Shown: piece by piece, positions 1-9,143 of the stretch
How the letters are laid out: the number at the start of each line of letters is the position of its first letter
How positions within the stretch are numbered: the first letter of the stretch is position 1
NCBI GenBank assembly: GCA_035517655.1
Contig: DATIYJ010000041.1
Coordinates: 5,801-69,800 of the forward strand
Direction of reading: 5' to 3'
DNA length: 64,000 nt
From: Nitrospiria bacterium
GTDB lineage: Bacteria; Nitrospirota; Nitrospiria; JACQBZ01
The notes under the pieces: generated by a model
The model's input: the letters and a program-made list of their open reading frames with translations, nothing else
Told to the model about the DNA's origin: nothing
Database searches by the model: none
Program-made: the position numbers and the translations under genes

Positions 1-566
1 CCGGCGGGCTTGATATCGGCGCTTCCGGAATTGAACAGGGCCTTTTCGGCGATCCGGATCGAAAGCCCGGCCTTCTCCTGGTCGACGCTCAGATCGCCCT
101 TTTGGATTTCATCCCGGAAGGCATCGACCCATTTGTCGCGGATCGGTTTCAGGATCTCGGTATTCTCTTCGCCGGCCTTTTGCGCCGCCGCGAGGCGGGT
201 CCGAACGTCGTCCAGTTCCTGCCCGCGGGCGTCGAGGGTTTGCGACAGATCCCGGACCTGACTGGACAGATTCGCGACCTCTGCGACCAGTTCCAGGTTG
301 CGTTTGACGAGTCGGTCCGCGTCCTGGGATTCGAGCTGCCCCTTGTTCTCGCTCTCCTTGATCTGCTGGCGCAGGTCTTGGATGACGCCCTGCCGGGCGG
401 CCACGTCCGATTTCAGGGCCGCGTTCTCGCCCTTGAGCCGGTCCAGATCGCTTCGCGCGGCCGCAAGATCCTTCAAGGCGGCCTGATGAACCGAGGACGA
501 GACGCCGCAGCCCGATGCGAGGAGCATCGCGAGGCCCATTCCGATTTCGAACCAGGGTCGCCGCAT
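1..566 (-). CDS. OmpA-family lipoprotein with a coiled-coil segment; start at 566, C-terminus runs off the window edge
   Basis: Own translation of the minus strand from the ATG at 564-566 gives MRRPWFEIGMGLAMLLASGCGVSS..., a lipobox signal peptide. Glu/Lys/Gln-rich coiled-coil follows, then ...LSIRIAEKALFNSGSADIKPAG, which resembles the start of an OmpA/MotB-like domain. The plus-strand ORF 102..587 is rejected as its antisense. Confidence 0.6.
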   Translation of the reverse strand, partial: MRRPWFEIGMGLAMLLASGCGVSSSVHQAALKDLAAARSDLDRLKGENAALKSDVAARQGVIQDLRQQIKESENKGQLESQDADRLVKRNLELVAEVANLSSQVRDLSQTLDARGQELDDVRTRLAAAQKAGEENTEILKPIRDKWVDAFRDEIQKGDLSVDQEKAGLSIRIAEKALFNSGSADIKPA

Positions 567-573
567 CGGGATC

Positions 574-1020
574 CTAAAGGGTTCTGAGAAGGTCGCGGGC
601 TTTTTGCACGATTTCTTTTTCGGTCGGGTAGACCGTCGCCGCCTCGGCCGCGTCCAGCGGAAACCAGGCGGCGTCCTCAACCTCCTGGTCGTGATCGGTC
701 GTATCCCCCCCGCGGTAATTCATCAGGTAGAAATGAACCGTCTTGTCGATCTTGGCGCGGTCTTCCTTCGAATAAAATTGATATTCGGTTTCACCGATCT
801 TCCGGAGAATTTCGCCCTCCAGGCCGGTTTCCTCGCGAACCTCCCGGACGGCCGCGCCTTCCAGGCTCTCGTCCGGCTCAACCCATCCCTTCGGGAGACA
901 CCAGACCTGTTTCCCGTTTTTCAGCGTTTTCCGGATCAGGGCGATCTCGATACCGGCGGCCGCCCGGCGGAAGATCACGCCGCCGGATGAAATTTGATGT
1001 ATGGCGCCTCGGGGTTTCAT
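574..1020 (-). CDS. NUDIX hydrolase
   Basis: Nudix box GWVEPDESLEGAAVREVREETGL. Start most likely at MKPRG (1020); the listed ORF extends to 1071 over an AT-rich intergenic stretch. Confidence 0.8.
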   Translation of the reverse strand: MKPRGAIHQISSGGVIFRRAAAGIEIALIRKTLKNGKQVWCLPKGWVEPDESLEGAAVREVREETGLEGEILRKIGETEYQFYSKEDRAKIDKTVHFYLMNYRGGDTTDHDQEVEDAAWFPLDAAEAATVYPTEKEIVQKARDLLRTL

Positions 1021-1167
1021 CAGCCTTGGATTTAGGTAGGACACTATAGCATGAGACACGACGTTTGACAAGGCGCGGCGTCCGGTTTGGGGTCCCGCCC
1101 CGGGAATCGCAAAAATAATCCTTGACGGGAAACGGACGGATGCCTTATGGATATAGGTTAGGTCGGC

Positions 1168-2682
1168 ATGGTTTCGATACAGGTTTTGGAGCGGTGGGAC
1201 ATGGAACGCCCCTGGGTGTTTTTGAAGATCGCGGTCATTTCCGTGATGGTCGGCGCGGCCTTGACCGGGTGCGCGGTCGGCCCGAATTTCCGACGGCCCG
1301 AGGCTCCGGGCGTCAACGGCTACACGGCCGCGGCGCTGCCGGAGGAAACGTCCGCCGCGCCCGGGAACGGCGGCGAGGCGCAGCGCTTTGTCTTAGGGCG
1401 GGATATCCCGGACCAGTGGTGGACCGTGTTCCATTCCAAGGCGCTCGACGAATTGATCCGGCGGGCGCTCGCGGACAGCCCGACGCTGGCCGCCGCGCAG
1501 GCCACGTTGCGCGAGGCGCAGGAGAACGTTCGCGCCGATATCGGCGGGGCCCTTTTTCCGACCGTGGACGGCAGCGCCTCGGCCGGACGCCAGAAGATCT
1601 CGGGGGCCGCGTTCGGCCAGCCCGATCTTCCGGGCAACCTCTTCAATCTCTACAACGCCTCGGTGAACGTCTCCTACTCGCTCGATTTCTTCGGCGGCGC
1701 GCGGCGCGAGCTGGAGGCCCTGGAATCCCAGGTCGACTACCGGCGCTTTCAACTGGAGGGGGCGTACCTCGCGCTGACGTCGAACCTCATCACCACCGCG
1801 GTGCAGGAGGCGTCGCTGCGCGGGCAGATCCGCGCGACGCAGGCGATCCTGACGGTCCAGGAAAAGCAGCTGGACGTGGTCGAGCGCCAGTTCCAGCTGG
1901 GCGGGGTGTCGCGCTCCGACGTTCTCGCCCAGCGGACGCAAATCGCTCAGACGCGGGCCGCGCTGCCGCCGCTGGAATCGGATCTTTCGCAGACCCGCCA
2001 CCGGCTGGCGGTGCTGGCCGGCCGACTGCCCGTCGAAGCGGATCTGCCCGAGTTCGATCTCGACGCGTTGCAGATTCCGCAGGAGCTTCCGGTCAGCCTG
2101 CCGTCGTCGATGGTCCGGCAGCGGCCCGATGTGCTCGCGTCGGAGGCCCTGCTGCACCAGGCCAGCGCAAAGATCGGCGTGGCGACCGCGGCCCTGTTCC
2201 CGCAGATCACGCTGAGCGGCAGTTACGGGTCGGAAACCAGCCGGGTTCACGATCTCCTGAGCGGCGGCACGACCGTCTGGAGTCTGGGAGGCGGGTTGCT
2301 GCAGCCGATCTTCCACGGCGGGCAGCTGAGGGCCGAGCGGCGCGCCGCCGTCGCCGCGTACGATCAGGCCGCGGCGCAGTACCGCGGGACGGTGTTGCAG
2401 GCGTTCCAGAACGTGGCCGACGTCCTTCGCGCGCTGGAGGAGGACGCGAACGCGCTCAAGGCGCAGGCGGACGCCGAAGCGGCCGCGCGCGAGGCGCTGG
2501 ACCTCGCGCAGAAGCAGTTTGAGCTGGGGGCCGTGAGTTATCTTTCGTTGCTCAACGCCGAACGCCAGCATGAGCAGACGCAGGCGGGTCTGATTCAGGC
2601 CCAGGCCGCGCGCTATGCCGATACCGCGGCGCTGTTCCAGGCCCTGGGGGGCGGGTGGTGGAACCGCGCACCGGAAAATTGA
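1168..2682 (+). CDS. RND efflux outer-membrane factor lipoprotein (NodT/OprM family)
   Basis: Lipobox LTGCAVGPNFRRPE. Two OEP-like repeats with Leu/Ala/Gln-rich helices. 504 aa, immediately upstream of MFP and RND genes. Confidence 0.85.
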   Translation: MVSIQVLERWDMERPWVFLKIAVISVMVGAALTGCAVGPNFRRPEAPGVNGYTAAALPEETSAAPGNGGEAQRFVLGRDIPDQWWTVFHSKALDELIRRALADSPTLAAAQATLREAQENVRADIGGALFPTVDGSASAGRQKISGAAFGQPDLPGNLFNLYNASVNVSYSLDFFGGARRELEALESQVDYRRFQLEGAYLALTSNLITTAVQEASLRGQIRATQAILTVQEKQLDVVERQFQLGGVSRSDVLAQRTQIAQTRAALPPLESDLSQTRHRLAVLAGRLPVEADLPEFDLDALQIPQELPVSLPSSMVRQRPDVLASEALLHQASAKIGVATAALFPQITLSGSYGSETSRVHDLLSGGTTVWSLGGGLLQPIFHGGQLRAERRAAVAAYDQAAAQYRGTVLQAFQNVADVLRALEEDANALKAQADAEAAAREALDLAQKQFELGAVSYLSLLNAERQHEQTQAGLIQAQAARYADTAALFQALGGGWWNRAPEN

Positions 2683-2689
2683 AGTAGAG

Positions 2690-2772
2690 GGTCTCCCCAG
2701 CGAGCAAAGCGAGCGAGAGGGGGAGGCTCCGTCTGGCTTTGCCAGCGGAGGGGGCGACGTGAGCCCCCTACA
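2690..2772 (-). repeat. Intergenic repeat family copy 1 (short form, about 82 bp, reverse orientation)
   Basis: Reverse complement reads TAGGGGGCTCACGTCGCCCCCTCC-GCTGGCAAAGCCAGACGGAGCC-TCCCCCTCTCGCTCGCTTTGCTCGCTGG. The termini match the five other copies. Central hairpin GCTGGC/GCCAGA. Confidence 0.75.
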
Positions 2773-2793
2773 AATCAGAACGGAGATATTTCG

Positions 2794-3924
2794 ATGACCA
2801 AGCGTATGGTGATCATGTTGTTGATCGTCGGCCTGTTGTTCGGCGCCATCTTCGGCTTTCAGGCCTTCAAGGCGAAGATGATCAAGCAGTTCATGGCGTC
2901 CATGAAAATGCCGCCGGCCACGGTCACGGCGATGAAGGCCGAACTCCGGCCCTGGCAGCCGCAACTGAACGCGGTGGGGAGTCTGCGCGCCGTGCACGGG
3001 GTCGACGTCACCAGCGAGATCGGGGGGCTGGTGCGGGAGGTGCGCTTCGCGTCGGGGGACGAGGCGAAGGCCGGCCAGGTGCTGGTGCAGCTCAACGCCG
3101 ACGCGGACGTCGGGCTGCTGCGGTCCCTCGAGGCGGCGGCCGAACTGGCCCGGACCACCTACGAGCGCGACAAGGCGCAGTTCGCCATCCAGGCGGTCAG
3201 CCAGGCGGCGCTCGACGCCGACGCCGCCGATCTCAAAAGCAAGGAGGCCCAGGTGGCGCAGCAGGCGGCGGTGGTCGACAAGAAGACGATCCGGGCCTTG
3301 TTCGACGGGCGGCTCGGCATCAACGCCGTCAACCTCGGGCAGTACGTGAACCCGGGCGACAAGATCGTCACGCTCCAGTCGCTGGATCCGATCTACGTCG
3401 ATTTCTCCCTGCCGCAGCAACAGCTGTCGCGCGTGAAGCTCGGACAGACCGTCACGGCGACCACCGATGCATATCCCGGCCGCGCGTTCGAAGGGAAGAT
3501 CACGGCCGTCAACCCCAAGGTGGATCCGGACACCCGGAACGTGCAGATCGAGGCGACGGTCGCCAACCCCAAGCACGACCTCCTGCCGGGGATGTACGCG
3601 TCGGTGACGGTCGAGTCCGGCGCGGTCCAGTCGTACCTGACCCTGCCGCAGACCGCCGTGACCTTCAACCCCTACGGGGAAAGCGTCTACGTGATCGAGG
3701 AGGGCGCAAAAGGCGCGGACGGCAAGCCGGTCCTGACCGCCAAACAGACCTTCGTGACCGTCGGCGAGACCCGCGGCGACCAGGTGGCGATCGTGAAGGG
3801 GATCAAACCGGGCGACCTGGTGGCCACGAGCGGCCAGCTCAAGTTGAAAAACGGGAGCGCGGTGGTCGTCAACAACACGGTTCAGCCCAGCAACGACGTC
3901 TCGCCCGCGCCGACGGACCAATAA
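2794..3924 (+). CDS. RND efflux periplasmic adaptor (membrane fusion protein, AcrA/MexA family)
   Basis: N-terminal TM anchor, biotinyl/lipoyl-like and beta-barrel segments typical of MFPs (for example the segment around VTATTDAYPGRAFEGKITAV; this reading is from memory, not a computed match). 376 aa, between the OMF and RND genes. Confidence 0.85.
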   Translation: MTKRMVIMLLIVGLLFGAIFGFQAFKAKMIKQFMASMKMPPATVTAMKAELRPWQPQLNAVGSLRAVHGVDVTSEIGGLVREVRFASGDEAKAGQVLVQLNADADVGLLRSLEAAAELARTTYERDKAQFAIQAVSQAALDADAADLKSKEAQVAQQAAVVDKKTIRALFDGRLGINAVNLGQYVNPGDKIVTLQSLDPIYVDFSLPQQQLSRVKLGQTVTATTDAYPGRAFEGKITAVNPKVDPDTRNVQIEATVANPKHDLLPGMYASVTVESGAVQSYLTLPQTAVTFNPYGESVYVIEEGAKGADGKPVLTAKQTFVTVGETRGDQVAIVKGIKPGDLVATSGQLKLKNGSAVVVNNTVQPSNDVSPAPTDQ

Positions 3925-3939
3925 CCCGGGAGCTTCCTC

Positions 3940-6900
3940 ATGCGTTTCACGGATCTTTTTATTCAACGGCCGGTGCTGGCCACCGTCATCAGCCTGATGA
4001 TTTTTGTGTTGGGCATGCGTTCGGTGGGCTTGCTGCCCGTGCGCGAGTTCCCGGAAACCCAGAACGCGGTGGTGACGGTGGCCACGACGTACACGGGGGC
4101 CGACCCGGCGCTGGTGGCCGGTTTTATCACCACCCCGCTGGAAAACTCGATCGCGCAGGCGAACGGCATCGACTACCTCACCTCCTCCAGCGCCCAGAGC
4201 GTGAGCACGATCCAGGCCAACCTGCGGCTGAACTACGATCCGAACAAGGCGCTGACCGAGATCAACACGCAGGTCAACGCGGTGCTCAACCAGCTGCCGA
4301 AGGAAACGCAGCAGCCGGTCCTGACGATCGCCATCGGCGAAACGATCGATTCGATGTACATCGGTTTCTACAGCACCGTGCTGTCGACCAACCAGATCAC
4401 CGATTATCTCATCCGGGTGGTGCAGCCCAAGCTGCAGACGGTCGACGGCGTGCAGACCGCCGAAATCCTGGGCAAGCACCAGTTCGCGCTGCGCGCGTGG
4501 CTCGACCCGGACAAGATGGCGGCCTACCGCCTGACCGCGGCCGACGTGAGCAACGCGCTCGCCGCCAACGATTTCATTTCCGCGGTCGGACGGACCAAGG
4601 GGCAGATGGTCACGGTGGACCTGACCGCCGCGACCGGCCTGCACTCGGTCGATGAATTCCGCAACCTCGCGATCAAGGCGCAAAACGGCGCGATCGTGCG
4701 CCTGGGCGACGTCGCGAACGTCACGCTCGGGTCGGACGACTACGACACGGCCGTGGGCTTCGACGGCCAGACGGCCGTTTACATCGGCATCAAGGTCGCG
4801 CCGAGCGCCAATCTCCTCACGGTCATCGACAACGTCCGCAAGGCCTTCCCGCCGATCCGGGCGCAACTGCCCGAGGGGCTCGGCGGCAAGATCGTGTACG
4901 ACGCGACGAAATACGTGAACAGCTCGATTCACGAGGTGGTCAGCACGCTGGTCAAATCCCTGCTGATCGTCACGCTGGTCATTTTCCTTTTCCTCGGCTC
5001 CCTGCGGTCGGTGGTCATTCCGACGATCGCGATGCCCTTGTCGTTGATCGGCGCGTTCTTCGTCATGCTGGTTCTCGGGTACTCGATCAACCTGCTGACG
5101 CTGCTCTCGCTGGTCCTGGCGATCGGCCTGGTCGTGGACGACGCGATCATCGTGGTCGAAAACGTCCACCGGCATATGGAAGGGGGAATGTTGCCCATGC
5201 AGGCGGCGCTGGCCGGCGCGTACGAGCTGGCGGGGCCGATCATCGCCATCACCGTGGTCCTGATCGCGGTCTACGTGCCGATCGGGTTCATGGGCGGCCT
5301 GACCGGGGCGCTGTTCACCGAGTTCGCCTTCACGCTGGTCGGCGCCGTGACGGTTTCGGCGATCATCGCGCTGACGCTCTCGCCGATGATGTGCTCGCGG
5401 TTTCTCAAGCCGCACGGCGGCGGGCAGGGCCGCTTCGTCCGATTCATCGACGGCCAGTTCGAGCGCCTGCGCGCCGGCTACGCGCGCCGGCTGCACGGGG
5501 CGCTCGACACCCTCCCGGTCGTCGGGGTGTTCGCGGCGATCATCCTCGGCAGCATTTACTTTCTCTACGCCAACGCCAAGAGCGAGCTGGCCCCGCAGGA
5601 GGACATGGGCGTCATCATCTCGCTGGTGACGGCCGCGCCAAACGCCACGCTCGATCAGACGCAGCTCTACACCCGGGAGGTTTACAAGACCTTCGCCGCG
5701 TATCCCGAGACCGACCACGTGTTCCAGCTCGACGGCATCAGCGGGGTCAACTCCGGGATCGCGGGGATGGTGATGAAGCCGTGGGACGAGCGGAAGCGCA
5801 CCACGATGGCGTTGCAGCCGGTCGTCCAGCAGCAGCTCGGGGACATCGCGGGCGTGCGGGCGGTGGCGTTCCAGCGGCCTCCGCTGCCCGGCGGCGGGCG
5901 GGGCCTGCCGGTCCAGTTCGTGATCGGGACGACCGATTCGTACGAACGCCTGAACGACGTGTCGGTGGCGATGATGGACAAGGCGCGGGCCAGCGGCATG
6001 TTCATGTTCGTCGACAGCGACCTGAAGTTCGACAAGCCTCAGACCACGGTGCAGATCGACCGCGACAAGGCGGCCCAGCTGGGGCTGACGATGCAGACCG
6101 TCGGCGACGCGCTCGGGTCGATGCTGGGCGGCGGGTACGTCAACTACTTCAGCCTGGCCGGGCGCTCGTACAAGGTGATCCCCCAGGTGATGCAGCGCGA
6201 ACGGCTGAACGCCGAGCAGCTCCGGGACTACTACATCACGACCGCGACCGGCGGGTCCGTTCCGGTCTCGACGATCGCGAGCCTCAAGACCGTTGTCGTG
6301 CCCGAGACGCTGAATCACTTCCAGCAGCTCAATTCGGCCATGATCTCGGCGGTGCCGTCCATCGGCATCACGCTGGGGCAGGCGCTGGACACGCTGGACG
6401 CCGAGGCCAGGGAGGTCCTTCCCCAGGGCTACAGCATCGACTACGGGGGGCCGTCGCGGCAGTACAAGCAGGAGTCGAGCGCGCTGATCGTCACCTTCTT
6501 CTTCGCCCTGATCATCATCTTCCTCGCGCTCGCCGCGCTCTTCGAAAGCTTCCGCGATCCCCTGATCGTGCTGGTGAGCGTGCCGATGTCGATCTGCGGG
6601 GCGATGATCTTCATCAGCCTCGGCGTCGGCGGCTCGACCCTCAACATCTACACCGAGGTCGGTCTGGTGACGCTGATCGCGCTGATCAGCAAGCACGGGA
6701 TCCTGATCGTGCAGTTCGCCAACGACCTGCAGCGGGAGGGGCGGAGCAAGCGCGAGGCCGTGGAGACGGCCGCCGGCATCCGGCTGCGGCCGATCCTGAT
6801 GACGACCGCGGCGATGGTGCTCGGGGTGTTGCCGCTGATCACGGCCTCCGGCGCCGGCGCGGTGGGCCGCTTCAACATGGGCCTCGTGATCGCGGCCGGC

Positions 6901-7023
6901 ATCTCGATCGGCACCCTGTTCACGCTGTTCGTGGTGCCGGCGATGTATATGTTCCTCGCGACGGACCGGACCCGGGCGGGGGCGGCCGTCCCGAAACCGC
7001 CGGCCCTGGCCGCCGGAGCTTGA
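3940..7023 (+). CDS. RND multidrug efflux transporter permease (HAE1, AcrB/MexB family)
   Basis: 1027 aa, 12-TM architecture with large periplasmic loops. Starts MRFTDLFIQRPVLATVISLMI..., typical of AcrB-family N-termini. Confidence 0.9.
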   Translation: MRFTDLFIQRPVLATVISLMIFVLGMRSVGLLPVREFPETQNAVVTVATTYTGADPALVAGFITTPLENSIAQANGIDYLTSSSAQSVSTIQANLRLNYDPNKALTEINTQVNAVLNQLPKETQQPVLTIAIGETIDSMYIGFYSTVLSTNQITDYLIRVVQPKLQTVDGVQTAEILGKHQFALRAWLDPDKMAAYRLTAADVSNALAANDFISAVGRTKGQMVTVDLTAATGLHSVDEFRNLAIKAQNGAIVRLGDVANVTLGSDDYDTAVGFDGQTAVYIGIKVAPSANLLTVIDNVRKAFPPIRAQLPEGLGGKIVYDATKYVNSSIHEVVSTLVKSLLIVTLVIFLFLGSLRSVVIPTIAMPLSLIGAFFVMLVLGYSINLLTLLSLVLAIGLVVDDAIIVVENVHRHMEGGMLPMQAALAGAYELAGPIIAITVVLIAVYVPIGFMGGLTGALFTEFAFTLVGAVTVSAIIALTLSPMMCSRFLKPHGGGQGRFVRFIDGQFERLRAGYARRLHGALDTLPVVGVFAAIILGSIYFLYANAKSELAPQEDMGVIISLVTAAPNATLDQTQLYTREVYKTFAAYPETDHVFQLDGISGVNSGIAGMVMKPWDERKRTTMALQPVVQQQLGDIAGVRAVAFQRPPLPGGGRGLPVQFVIGTTDSYERLNDVSVAMMDKARASGMFMFVDSDLKFDKPQTTVQIDRDKAAQLGLTMQTVGDALGSMLGGGYVNYFSLAGRSYKVIPQVMQRERLNAEQLRDYYITTATGGSVPVSTIASLKTVVVPETLNHFQQLNSAMISAVPSIGITLGQALDTLDAEAREVLPQGYSIDYGGPSRQYKQESSALIVTFFFALIIIFLALAALFESFRDPLIVLVSVPMSICGAMIFISLGVGGSTLNIYTEVGLVTLIALISKHGILIVQFANDLQREGRSKREAVETAAGIRLRPILMTTAAMVLGVLPLITASGAGAVGRFNMGLVIAAGISIGTLFTLFVVPAMYMFLATDRTRAGAAVPKPPALAAGA

Positions 7024-7026
7024 CGG

Positions 7027-7052
7027 GGCGGGCCGGGCCCGCCACATTTTTC
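7027..7052 (+). terminator. Rho-independent terminator after the RND operon
   Basis: GC hairpin GGCGGGCC-GG-GCCCGCC followed by ACATTTTTC, immediately after the RND stop at 7023. Confidence 0.55.
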
Positions 7053-7152
7053 TTGACAATGCAGGGCCGGTTGGGTTTTGCTATCCCTTGAGAGATCATC
7101 CGGGCGTCCCGTACAAGGCGCTTTTAATAATAATCAAAAGAGGAGGCTTCCC

Positions 7153-7578
7153 ATGCGCGCGTTCGCATATTACGGTTTGGCCGTAATCCTGACGGCGTCA
7201 TTCATGTTTGTTTCGGTCCAGGGCATAAAGGCCGCCGAAAAGAAAACGGAGCCGGCCTTGGAAGTTCCGGCCGCTTCGGCCGGGGCGGGGCATAATGCGG
7301 AAGGCATCAAGCAGTACAACATGGGCATGTGGAAAGAGGCGGAAATGCATTTCGGCGAGGCGGTCAAGGCCGACGACAAATCCGCCGAGGCGCATTACAA
7401 TCACGCGCTGTCTTTGGATAAATTGGGCAAGCACAAGGAGGCCACGGAAGAGTTCGACCAGGCCCTCAAGCTGGCCCCCGACAACAAAGCCATCGCCGAT
7501 TCCCCGATCCTGAAGGCCCATCTGCAGAAAATGAAGAAGATGGAGAAGCCGATGGAGCAACCGAAAGAATCCTATTAG
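7153..7578 (+). CDS. Small secreted TPR-like protein
   Basis: RBS AAGAGGAGG 6 nt before the ATG at 7153. Signal peptide MRAFAYYGLAVILTASFMFVSVQG. Two TPR-like helices (AEAHYNHALSLDKLGKHKEATEEFDQALKLAPDN). Confidence 0.6.
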   Translation: MRAFAYYGLAVILTASFMFVSVQGIKAAEKKTEPALEVPAASAGAGHNAEGIKQYNMGMWKEAEMHFGEAVKADDKSAEAHYNHALSLDKLGKHKEATEEFDQALKLAPDNKAIADSPILKAHLQKMKKMEKPMEQPKESY

Positions 7579-7602
7579 GATCGTAATCGTCGACGATTCG
7601 AA

Positions 7603-7640
7603 GGGCCCGGGGGAGATTTCCCGCCGGGCCCTTTTTTCGT
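7603..7640 (+). terminator. Rho-independent terminator
   Basis: GGGCCCGGGGG-agatttc-CCGCCGGGCCC followed by TTTTTTCGTTTC. Confidence 0.7.
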
Positions 7641-7690
7641 TTCGGACCCGGCCGCGGCCTGTTTTCGGAGGCCGTGAACGGCGCGGATGA

Positions 7691-7719
7691 TTGACAGCTT
7701 TCGGAGGGACCGTTATCAT
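7691..7719 (+). promoter_or_regulatory. Candidate sigma70 promoter of the HD-GYP gene
   Basis: TTGACA-N17-TATCAT, 37 nt upstream of the ATG at 7756. Confidence 0.45.
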
Positions 7720-7755
7720 TAAAGGGAACGCCATCCACCCACAGAGTCTCCGACC

Positions 7756-8883
7756 ATGGATTTTCATCAGGACGTCTTAAAGGAACTCAATAAAAATATC
7801 ACGCTCTCGGAGAAGCTGGAATCGATCCATAAGGTATTGAAGAACCGCTTTCCCTTCATCGACCGGATCTCCGTGGCCGTCTACGATGCCAAGACGGACC
7901 TGTTGAAGACCTTCAGCCACAGCAGCGGCCGGCAGGCTCCGCTGGTCCGTTATGAGGCGAAGATGGGGGAGTCGCGCTCCCTCACGGAGATCCTTGATAC
8001 CGGCGCGCCGCGCGTGATCAACGACCTGGCCGTGTTCGATCACCCGGAACGGGAGCACACGAAGCGGATCGCGGCGCGGGGCTACGCCTCCAGCTACACG
8101 ATGCCGATGTACGTCAACGGGGCCTTCTTCGGTTTCGTCTTTTTCAATTCCCGCAGGAAGAACGCCCTCGAGCCCGAAGTGCTCCATTACCTGGACGTGT
8201 TCGGCCATCTCGTCTCCCTCACGATCGTCAACGACCTCATGACGATCCGGACGATGCTGGCGACCGTCAAGGCCGCGCGGGACATCAGCGCCCACCGGGA
8301 CATGGAGACGGGGGCCCACCTCGACCGGATGTCCCATTACGCCCGGCTGATCGCGAGGGAACTGGCCGAAAAATACGGCTTCGACGACGAATTCATCGAG
8401 CATATCTTTTTATTCGCGCCGCTTCACGACATCGGCAAGATCGGCGTGCCGGACGCCATTCTCCGGAAGCCGGCCAAGCTGACCGAGGAAGAGTTCGAGC
8501 TGATGAAGTCGCACACGCTGAAGGGCCGCCAGATGATCGACGCGATGCTGAAGGACTTCGGGCTCGATTCCTTCCAGCACATCGACGTCATGCGAAACAT
8601 CGCCGAGTACCACCACGAGATGATCGACGGCATGGGCTACCCCGATGGCATGAAAGGGGACGAGATTCCGATCGAGTCGCGGATCATCGCCGTGGCGGAC
8701 ATCTTCGACGCCCTCACCAGCCGACGGCCCTACAAGACGGCCTGGACGAATGAAGAGGCCTTCGCGATGCTGCGACAGCTTTCGGGGATGCAGCTGGACC
8801 CGGACTGCGTCGCGGCGCTCGTCAGGAACGCCGACCGCATCGATGAGATTCAGAAACGCTTCCGCGAAAATCCGTTCGCATGA
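7756..8883 (+). CDS. HD-GYP domain c-di-GMP phosphodiesterase with an N-terminal GAF-like sensor region
   Basis: HD motif LHDIGKIGVPD. The GYP signature HHEMIDGMGYPDG is present. Confidence 0.85.
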   Translation: MDFHQDVLKELNKNITLSEKLESIHKVLKNRFPFIDRISVAVYDAKTDLLKTFSHSSGRQAPLVRYEAKMGESRSLTEILDTGAPRVINDLAVFDHPEREHTKRIAARGYASSYTMPMYVNGAFFGFVFFNSRRKNALEPEVLHYLDVFGHLVSLTIVNDLMTIRTMLATVKAARDISAHRDMETGAHLDRMSHYARLIARELAEKYGFDDEFIEHIFLFAPLHDIGKIGVPDAILRKPAKLTEEEFELMKSHTLKGRQMIDAMLKDFGLDSFQHIDVMRNIAEYHHEMIDGMGYPDGMKGDEIPIESRIIAVADIFDALTSRRPYKTAWTNEEAFAMLRQLSGMQLDPDCVAALVRNADRIDEIQKRFRENPFA

Positions 8884-8886
8884 TTG

Positions 8887-8962
8887 GTAGGGGCTTGCGT
8901 CGCCCCCTCCGCCGGCCCAGCCGGACGGAGCCTTCCCCTCTCGCTCGCGTTGCTCGCTGGGT
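8887..8962 (+). repeat. Intergenic repeat family copy 2 (short form)
   Basis: GTAGGGGCTTGCGTCGCCCCCTCC-GCCGGCCCAGCCGGACGGAGCC-TTCCCCTCTCGCTCGCGTTGCTCGCTGG. Central hairpin GCCGGC/GCCGGA. Confidence 0.75.
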
Positions 8963-9000
8963 AGACCTCTAATTAGAAGTGACTTTCCTAATGTTACATT

Positions 9001-9131
9001 CGGCGGGTCCTGTCCTTCGGTTGGATCGCGAGCCGTTTGGGGCCGGACCCTTCGGCTCCGGCGGCTTCCGTTCGATTGGGCCCTGCCGGCGGGTGGCCGC
9101 AGGCGGGGCTGCCGAAGGACAGGACCCGTCG
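9001..9131. repeat. Long inverted-repeat structured element (16 bp perfect arms about 90 nt apart)
   Basis: GGGTCCTGTCCTTCGG at 9005-9020 and CCGAAGGACAGGACCC at 9112-9127 are perfect reverse complements. The interior contains further GC hairpins (GCCGGA...TCCGGC). Lies 14 bp beyond the stop of the minus-strand phosphoesterase gene. Confidence 0.5.
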
Positions 9132-9143
9132 AATAGATCTCTT

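Noticed and set aside
102-587. Plus-strand ORF of 161 aa at the window start
   Set aside because: The minus strand encodes a convincing lipoprotein with a signal peptide, lipobox, coiled coil and OmpA-like motif. The plus ORF is its antisense.
1393-7059. 1888 aa minus-strand ORF, and several other ORFs of 300 to 700 aa antisense to the efflux genes
   Set aside because: Arg/Gly/Asp/His-rich low-complexity translations typical of stop-poor antisense frames in high-GC DNA. The sense-strand genes have clear family signatures.
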